Shown piece by piece: positions 59,101 through 64,000 of a stretch of DNA of 64,000 nt (position 1 is its first letter; each line of letters begins with the position of its first letter). The notes under the pieces are model-generated. The model was given only the letters and a program-made list of their open reading frames with translations. It made no database searches and was not told where the DNA came from. This DNA is from Mytilus trossulus. Taxonomy: Eukaryota. Made by a program: the position numbers and the translations under genes. The DNA lies in contig NC_086375.1 in NCBI RefSeq assembly GCF_036588685.1, positions 86,552,001-86,616,000 on the forward strand. Reading direction: 5' to 3'.

Positions 59101-62100
59101 AGGTGTCAATTGATACTTTGTCTTGGGAGTTCAGCATTATAGCTGTCAGTGATTTTATTTTAGTGTATTATCATTATAGGTGTCTATTGATACTTTGTCT
59201 TGGGAGTTCAGCATTATAGCTGTCGGTGATTTTATTTTAGTGTATTATCATTATAGGTGTCAATTGATACTTTGTCTTGGGAGTTCAGCATTATAGCTGT
59301 CAGTGATTTTATTTTAGTGTATTATCATTATAGGTGTCTATTGATACTTTGTCTTGGGAGTTCAGCATTATAGCTGTTGGTGATTTTATTTTAGTGTATT
59401 ATCATTATAGGTCTCTATTGATACTTTGTCTTGGGAGTTCAGCATTATAGCTGTTGGTGATTTTATTTTAGTGTATTATCTATATTATAGGTGTCTATTG
59501 ATACTTTGTCTTGGGAGTTCAGCATTATAGCTGTCAGTGATTTTATTTTAGTGTATTATCTATATTATAGGTGTCTATTGATACTTTGTCTTGGGAGTTC
59601 AGCATTATAGCTGTCGGTGATTTTATTTTAGTGTATTATCTATATTATAGGTCTCTATTGATACTTTGTCTTGGGAGTTCAGCATTATAGCTGTCCGTGA
59701 TTTTATTTTAGTGTATTATCATTATAGGTGTCTATTGATACTTTGTCTTGGGAGTTCAGCATTATAGCTGTCAGTGATTTTATTTTAGTGTATTATCTAT
59801 ATTATAGGTCTCTATTGATACTTTGTCTTGGGAGTTCAGCATTATAGCTGTCCGTGATTTTATTTTAGTGTATTATCTATATTATAGGTGTCTATTGATA
59901 CTTTGTCTTGGGAGTTCAGCATTATAGCTGTCGGTGATTTTATTTTAGTGTATTATCTATATTATAGGTCTCTATTGATACTTTGTCTTGGGAGTTCAGC
60001 ATTATAGCTGTCAGTGATTTTATTTTAGTGTATTATCTATATTATAGGTGTCTATTGATACTTTGTCTTGGGAGTTCAGCATTATAGCTGTCAGTGATTT
60101 TATTTTAGTGTATTATCTATATTATAGGTCTCTATTGATACTTTGTCTTGGGAGTTCAGCATTATAGCTGTCAGTGATTTTATTTTAGTGTATTATCTAT
60201 ATTATAGGTCTCTATTGATACTTTGTCTTGGGAGTTCAGCATTATAGCTGTCAGTGATTTTATTTTAGTGTATTATCTATATTATAGGTGTCTATTGATA
60301 CTTTGTCTTGGGAGTTCAGCATTATAGCTGTCAGTGATTTTATTTTAGTGTATTATCTATATTATAGGTGTCTATTGATACTTTGTCTTGGGAGTTCAGC
60401 ATTATAGCTGTCAGTGATTTTATTTTAGTGTATTATCTATATTATAGGTGTCTATTGATACTTTGTCTTGGGAGTTCAGCATTATAGCTGTCAGTGATTT
60501 TATTTTAGTGTATTATCTATATTATAGGTCTCTATTGATACTTTGTCTTGGGAGTTCAGCATTATAGCTGTCCGTGATTTTATTTTAGTGTATTATCATT
60601 ATAGGTGTCTATTGATACTTCTTCTTGGGAGTTCAACATTATAGCTGTCAGTGATTTTATTTTAGTGTATTTGTAAAGCAAAATTATATCCGGGTGAAAT
60701 TTGATCCGGAGGAAAAAATGTCACAGTAGTTGTTGTTATTTTTTTATCTGGAGGAAAATATTTCCCTGGGATATTTTTTCCTTTGCCGTGAAATTATATC
60801 TGGGTAGTTAACTTATTGAATAGTTATTAGATAAAACTTATCCATTACAAATACTATGAAATAATAATGGTGTATTTGAATTAAACCTATTTTGTAAAAA
60901 ACAATGTATTATAATTGGAATTATTTCACAAATTATCATTGAAAAAAATTCCTGAAAAAAATTCAAGTAAACATCAATCTTTTAAAAAAAAAATTATCAT
61001 TAAACTATAAGTAAGAAAGAAAATCAGAAATTATTTCAAAGATCGTAATTGTGAAATAATATCATGATTAAATATGGTAAGTTAAATACATGTAAAAGTG
61101 AGTTGTTTTCAGATCTCAGTACAAATATAATTAAAAGGTAAATGTTGAAATATAGTTGCATTACCAATGTTAACAGTAATGGGAGAATTTGATTATGATA
61201 ATATTTTTAACTATATAAATAGTCTGGGGACAAAGATGTTGTTGTTGATTATATGGAAATCAGATAAATCATACTATTAGCATAACAATATATTGGAACA
61301 AAAGCAATTTTAACAGCTGGATAGTATTTACCTGTGAAATGTTATCTGTCTTATTAAAAATTCATGTTGTAAGTCATCTTGTTATATAAATGAATATATA
61401 AAAAATAAGATTCAAGGAAAAATTTCACTATGAAATAGATTCAGGAATATGCTATATTAATATCTTTAAATATAAATTGCTCATAATTACCTCCCTTTGA
61501 TAAATTATGCAAATTTGTTCTACCTTTGTGAAACATTTTATAATTAAAGTCAGGTATATATTGATTGCAAGTAACTTACATACTAGTTAATGGGACTATA
61601 TTTCACAAGGTTCTGTGAAATATGATACGGTAAATATATACCCGTACACACTATCCGAATAACACAGATAGATTTTCACTCCTCTGGAAAAATTCTACCT
61701 GTGAAATACCATGCCTGGAAAAAATTTACCGTGACAAACTATCCTCAGGATAAAATATCACAGAGGAAGAAATAAACCGTTACATATTATCATTATAGGT
61801 GTCTATTGATACTTTGTCTTGGGAGTTCAACATTATAGCTGTCAGTGATTTTATTTTAGTGTATTATCTATATTATAGGTGTCTATTGATACTTTGTCTT
61901 GGGAGTTCAACATTATAGCTGTCAGTGATTTTATTTTAGTGTATTATCTATATTATAGGTGTCTATTGATACTTTTTCTTGGGAGTTCAGCATTATAGCT
62001 GTCCGTGCTTTATTTTAGTGTATTATCATTATAGGTGTCAATTGATACTTTGTCTTGGGAGTTCAGCATTATGACTGTCAGTGATGAAAACATTATAGGA

Positions 62101-64000
62101 CCACCAAAGGTAAGGTATAATGTATAAGAATATTGAAGACACCATCATAATTTGTGTGAGTTAAGAAATAATAGAGATGAAACATAGTCTTTTTACATAT
62201 TTATTATAAAATGCAAAATAAAAACTAACTCATGTAGAAAAAGTACAAAATTAACAATACAAGAGCCATGTAAAAGGTAAAATGACAAAAATACTGATCT
62301 CCCAGGAAAATTCAAATCAGAAAGCTCATACACATTCAACTAATTGAAAAAAGCTGTCATACTATTGATTTGGTAATGTTTTTAAGCTTGATCATGTTGA
62401 TTAACGTTGCAAAATTTGATATGTTTTGTTATGTAATACAAGAGTTCAATCAAGTTTTGAAAAGGAGTAGAGCTGTCGACTTATAATTTAATGTTTCCCA
62501 AATGCATATTTGTAAGTGCTTTTGATCAAAATAAATTGGCTGTTTTATTCCCAAAATATCAATTTTAAAAAATCTTAAAGTTGTAATTCCTTTTTACGCT
62601 CAACTTAAGACAAAACAGCACACAGATATGACTAAGAATCACTGGTTTCTTTTTCAGTCATATTTTTGAGCTCATTTAATTATCTTACCTAAAAGTCTGT
62701 TTTATGTGTACTGTTTTAAGTTACTGTTTTATGTGTACTGTAGGATGGTGTCTATGTGAAAGGTTTATTCCTACAAGGAGCCGGTTGGGACATGAAGAAT
62801 TCTTGTTTAGTAGAAGCCAAGCCTATGGAGTTAGTATGTCCTGTTCCAACCATTCATTTCAAACCGGTGGAAAACAAGAAAAAGTCAGCAAAAGGTAACT
62901 ATCTGTTATAATTCTTCAAATTATTGTTAGATTTTGTTACATGGTGTCTGTTGTTTTTATACCCCACCTACGAGAAGAGGGGCATTATGTTTTCTGGTCT
63001 GTGCCTCCGTTTGTTCGTCCATTCGTTCGTTCGTCCGTTCGCTTCAGGTTAAAGTTTTTGGTCGAGGTAGTTTTTGATGAAGCTGAAGTCCAATCAACTT
63101 AAAACTTGATACACATGTTCCCTATGATATGATCTTTCTAATTTTAATGCCAAATTATAGTTTTGATCCCAATTTCATGGTACACTGAACATAGAAAATG
63201 ATAGTGCAAAGTTCAGGTTAAGTTTTTGGTCAAGGTAGTTTTTGATGAAGTTGAAACTTAGTACACATGTTCCCTATGATATGATCTTTCTAATTTTAAT
63301 TCCAAATTAAAGTTTTGACCCCAATTTCACGGTCCACTGAACATAGAAAATGATAGTGCGAGTGGGGCATCCGTGTACTATGGACACATTCTTGTTATTC
63401 GTTGTATTAAAGTGTAGGGCTACATGGTAAATTTATATTATAAATGGATGAATGTGAAATCTAAAATTAATGCCTTCATAAATAATTTTTATTTAAAAGT
63501 GCTTGTAAACCTATATTTAATAATTATGCAAAGATTGTAGACAGATCATCATTAAAGGGGGAGTAGAGTGAACCTTGGGTCAATCTAAATCTTGAACTTT
63601 ATCTATTACAGGAATATACACTTGTCCATGTTATTACTACCCCAACAGAGCAGGGAGTGGAGAGAGGTCCTCCTTCATTGTAGAGGTGGAGTAAACCCTG
63701 AGTCAAAGTAAATCTTAAACTTTATCTATTACAGGAATATACACTTGTCCATGTTATTACTACCCCAACAGAGCAGGGAGTGGAGAGAGGTCCTCCTTCA
63801 TTGTAGAGGTGGAGTAAACCCTGAGTCAAAGTAAATCTTGAACTTTATCTATTACAGGAATATACACTTGTCCATGTTATTACTATCCCAACAGAGCAGG
63901 GAGTGGAGAGAGGTCCTCCTTCATTGTAGAGGTGGAGTAAACCCTGAGTCAAAGTAAATCTTGAACTTTATCTATTACAGGAATATACACTTGTCCATGT
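242..64000 (+). CDS. DNAH2: Axonemal dynein heavy chain, DNAH2-like; multi-exon gene, 5' and 3' partial
   Basis: 69 exons with consistent phases (listed in the blocks below) give one continuous dynein heavy chain ORF. P-loops are GPAGTGKT (AAA1), GGTQSGKT (AAA2), GPVGTGKT (AAA3) and GIGGSGHKS (AAA4). Other motifs: [53 protein letters not shown]2-type segments recognised from memory: [35 protein letters not shown]. Orthologue versus paralogue status not verified. Confidence 0.9.
3455..3708. mobile_element. Non-autonomous Helentron/HINE (DINE-1-like) element copy
   Basis: Starts TTTTTAATATGCCCCATTTATGG, then GTCC/GTCT-type microsatellite and core GGTAGTTTTTGATGAAGTTGAAGTCCAATCAACTTGAAACTTAG. 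Homologous to 22769-23110 and 62953-63395. Family name is inference. Confidence 0.6.
4790..5172. mobile_element. Interspersed repeat (SINE/MITE-like)
   Basis: GACTATGCGGTATGGGCTTTGCTCATTGTTGAAGGC...CATCTTCTTTTTTATAT recurs at about 19885-20000, 49220-49390 and inverted at about 52140-52330. The AACATGTTTAACCCCGCC...AGTCAGGAGCC segment is shared with the 47672/54222 family. Confidence 0.65.
5677..6167. mobile_element. MITE with terminal inverted repeats
   Basis: TIR AAAGGAGTAGGTCCAGTAAG / CTTACCGGACCTACTCCTTT, flanked on both sides by the direct repeat GCATAC; no ORF. Confidence 0.85.
6195..6372. repeat. About 28-bp degenerate minisatellite abutting the acceptor of exon 6374
   Basis: About 6 copies of CCATATGATCTTACATATAATTCTTA. 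Confidence 0.8.
8602..16886 (+). CDS. DNAH2: DNAH2 exons 12-24 (tail end and linker, DHC_N2)
   Basis: Exons 8602-8758, 9408-9497, 10004-10252, 10764-10925, 11182-11304, 11790-11927, 12273-12355, 13245-13425, 13776-13914, 14490-14710 (GC donor inferred), 15163-15255, 15905-16135, 16698-16886. Peptides include [73 protein letters not shown]. Confidence 0.88.
11370..11800 (+). repeat. About 31-bp degenerate tandem array, probably derived from the acceptor at 11789
   Basis: Units such as GTTTCACTTTGTCTTTCAGTTATGACATTAA resemble GTTCCACTTTGTATTACAG|AATGAGAT. Confidence 0.7.
12315..12722 (+). repeat. 8 x 51-bp tandem array spanning a 5' splice site
   Basis: Unit GAAATTATACCATATAAAGATAGGGGTCACTACAAGCTTGT|GTAAGTATTA; the first copy is the real exon end. 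Confidence 0.97.
17388..17586. repeat. 9-bp microsatellite-like repeat (AATGTAATA)n
   Basis: About 20 imperfect copies ending just upstream of the acceptor at 17596. Confidence 0.9.
17597..22226 (+). CDS. DNAH2: DNAH2 exons 25-28 (AAA1 and lid)
   Basis: Exons 17597-17893, 18274-18454, 19434-19714, 22101-22226. Peptides [73 protein letters not shown]. Confidence 0.93.
19107..19278 (+). mobile_element. Fragment of an abundant interspersed repeat
   Basis: AAAATTGAGAATGGAAATGGG...ACAACCCGACC...GCACCCGGAGGC; homologous to 47672-48494 (+) and 54222-54685 (-), with shorter pieces at about 37510-37680 and 52610-52685. Confidence 0.8.
20118..22165 (+). repeat. 105-bp tandem array spanning a 3' splice site (19 acceptors)
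   Basis: Acceptor AGs end at 20204, 20312, 20417 ... 21995, 22100. Each unit is the exon start ([19 protein letters not shown]) plus about 40 bp of intron end. Two 108-bp variant units at 20205 and 21258. Confidence 0.97.
22769..23110. mobile_element. HINE/DINE-1-like element copy
   Basis: TTTTTATGCCCCATTTATGGGCATTA hairpin, GTCT/GTTC microsatellite, end GGGCATCCGTGTACTTGGGACACATTCTTG; homologous to 62953-63395. Confidence 0.7.
23187..33622 (+). CDS. DNAH2: DNAH2 exons 29-39 (AAA2 and AAA3)
   Basis: Exons 23187-23405, 26842-26959, 28140-28420, 28754-29163, 29379-29577, 29993-30217, 30528-30632, 31160-31348, 32016-32101, 33077-33207, 33473-33622. Peptides [74 protein letters not shown]. Confidence 0.92.
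24072..25260. mobile_element. Hairpin-ended non-autonomous element (Helentron-like) nested in the MULE
   Basis: Terminal palindrome AGGTCTTTCCAC-TTTTCT-GTGGAAAGACCT and CAAGGTCA/TGACCTTG motifs; inverted homologue at about 52790-53650. Right boundary approximate. Confidence 0.65.
25560..26425 (+). pseudogene. MULE transposase remnant (frameshifts and stops)
   Basis: Fragments [34 protein letters not shown] and [51 protein letters not shown] match the MULE pattern RTNNxxEGWHxxL..HPNIF. Confidence 0.8.
27150..28060. mobile_element. MITE/foldback element with long imperfect inverted repeats
   Basis: Ends TAGTCCAGT / ACTGGACTA. Internal mirrored blocks CAAATATACACAGAAAAAAGTCCCA versus TGGGACTTTTTTCTGTGTATATTTG, and GGGAGATAACTCTGC versus GCAGAGTTATCTCCC. 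Confidence 0.8.
30985..31183 (+). repeat. 3 x 66-bp tandem array spanning a 3' splice site
   Basis: Acceptors end at 31027, 31093 and 31159; the unit is in frame and stop-free. Confidence 0.95.
32378..32745. mobile_element. Palindromic MITE-like insertion inside a decayed HINE-like copy
   Basis: About 160-bp hairpin: ATTGAATGCTTCTTTT..GTAAAAGCGTTGACCG..TGAAGCGC-GGAA-GCGCTTCA..CGGTCAACGCTTTTAC..AAAAGAAGCATTCAAT. Confidence 0.7.
34290..41024 (+). CDS. DNAH2: DNAH2 exons 40-50 (AAA4, stalk coiled coil, MTBD)
   Basis: Exons 34290-34457, 34996-35156, 35755-35894 (GC donor), 36426-36558, 37233-37378, 37857-38067, 38662-38778, 39155-39296, 39789-40078, 40505-40669, 40899-41024. Peptides [61 protein letters not shown]. 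Confidence 0.92.
38710..39057 (+). repeat. 93-bp tandem array spanning a 5' splice site (3 intact donors plus a decayed copy)
   Basis: Donors at 38779, 38872 and 38965; in-frame repeat [31 protein letters not shown]. Confidence 0.96.
41315..51034 (+). CDS. DNAH2: DNAH2 exons 51-63 (AAA5, buttress, AAA6)
   Basis: Exons 41315-41530, 41844-41994, 42455-42604, 42956-43088, 43350-43494, 43946-44145, 44653-44779, 45244-45430, 47250-47455, 49016-49141, 49516-49713, 50434-50625, 50850-51034. Peptides [73 protein letters not shown]. Confidence 0.92.
45660..46561. mobile_element. Probable solo LTR (Gypsy-type) inserted in a (TA)n tract
   Basis: Termini TGTAACGATTT / AAATCGTAACA with ATAT on both sides; about 0.9 kb and non-coding. 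Confidence 0.6.
46582..46740 (-). mobile_element. tRNA-derived SINE-like element in (TA)n
   Basis: Minus strand has A box GTGGTCTAGCGG and B box GGTTCGAATCC; no convincing full cloverleaf; flanked by TA repeats. Confidence 0.65.
47368..48702 (+). repeat. 103-bp array spanning a 5' splice site (5 donors), interrupted by a repeat insertion
   Basis: Donors GCG|GTAAGT at 47456, 47559, 47662, 48583 and 48686. Confidence 0.95.
47672..48494 (+). mobile_element. Interspersed repeat inserted in the 103-bp array
   Basis: Homologous to 19107-19278 and to the reverse complement of 54222-54685; lacks the first about 35 bp of those copies. Confidence 0.85.
49748..50340. repeat. About 32-bp degenerate minisatellite
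   Basis: GTAACTCCAGAGTAATCAATTATGCAATTAAA x about 15, with one inverted copy near 50300-50335. Confidence 0.85.
51619..62894 (+). CDS. DNAH2: DNAH2 exons 64-69 (C-terminal domain)
   Basis: Exons 51619-51844, 53811-53927, 54974-55123, 55560-55736, 62035-62109, 62744-62894. Peptides [61 protein letters not shown]. Confidence 0.9.
52790..53650. mobile_element. Inverted copy of the hairpin-ended element at 24072
   Basis: CAATAGGTCTTTCCACAGAAAAGTGAAAAGAC and CTAAGCGACATATTGCGAAACAAA are reverse complements of segments in 24072-24200. Confidence 0.75.
54222..54685 (-). mobile_element. Interspersed repeat copy
   Basis: Near-collinear reverse complement of 47672-48100 plus the 19107 terminus. Confidence 0.85.
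56148..62085 (+). repeat. About 60-copy 80/77-bp tandem array spanning a 3' splice site
   Basis: Unit GTGTCTATTGATACTTTGTCTTGGGAGTTCAGCATTATAGCTGTCAGTGATTTTATTTTAGTGTATTATC(TAT)ATTATAG. The last copy (acceptor 62034) is the real 75-bp exon. Copy number estimated from length. Confidence 0.97.
60672..61784. mobile_element. TGT..ACA element with 4-bp TSD (Ginger-like non-autonomous element or solo LTR)
   Basis: Ends TGTAAAG / CGTTACA. TSD TATT (60668-60671, 61785-61788) is verifiable against the neighbouring empty repeat units. Confidence 0.8.
62953..63395. mobile_element. HINE/DINE-1-like element with duplicated core
   Basis: TTTTTATACCCC..GGGGCATTATG start, (TTCG/TCCG)n, two tandem core repeats of about 160-170 bp, end GGGGCATCCGTGTACTATGGACACATTCTTGTT. 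Confidence 0.75.
63558..64000 (+). repeat. 123-bp tandem array spanning the acceptor of the terminal exon (runs off window)
   Basis: Acceptors end at 63611, 63734, 63857 and 63980; each full copy reads [27 protein letters not shown]. Confidence 0.95.

Noticed and set aside
56194-62034. Dscam-like mutually exclusive exon cassette
   Set aside because: Copies are partial exons lacking their own donor, and they frameshift into stops.
56148-62085. CRISPR-like appearance of regular repeats
   Set aside because: No unique spacers or cas genes; the units are head-to-tail copies of a eukaryotic exon/intron junction.

Overview
AT-rich animal genomic DNA; the repeat content suggests a bivalve such as Mytilus (inference). 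The whole window lies inside one + strand gene encoding an axonemal dynein heavy chain, best matching DNAH2 (inner-arm dynein f/I1-beta type). I traced 69 phase-consistent coding exons from 242 to 62894, covering tail, linker, AAA1-AAA4, stalk/MTBD, AAA5-AAA6 and the C-terminal domain. The terminal exon's 5' part appears only as tandem copies at 63612-64000. The 5' exons and the true stop lie outside the window. Two introns appear to be GC-AG. Introns carry MITEs, Helentron/HINE-like elements, a decayed MULE transposon, two TGT..ACA elements and a tRNA-derived SINE-like element. The striking feature is that about 25 exon boundaries have tandem copies of the splice junction itself (exon edge plus intron edge) extending into the intron, from single decayed copies up to arrays with 19 and about 60 intact acceptors. 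In several arrays the intronic exon-derived copies differ from the functional exon almost only at synonymous third codon positions, even where they cannot be translated in frame. One array keeps an apparently ancestral codon that the functional exon has lost. Two arrays are in frame and stop-free, so they could give length-variant proteins; one of these lies at the stalk/microtubule-binding domain junction. All coordinates and counts were made by eye.
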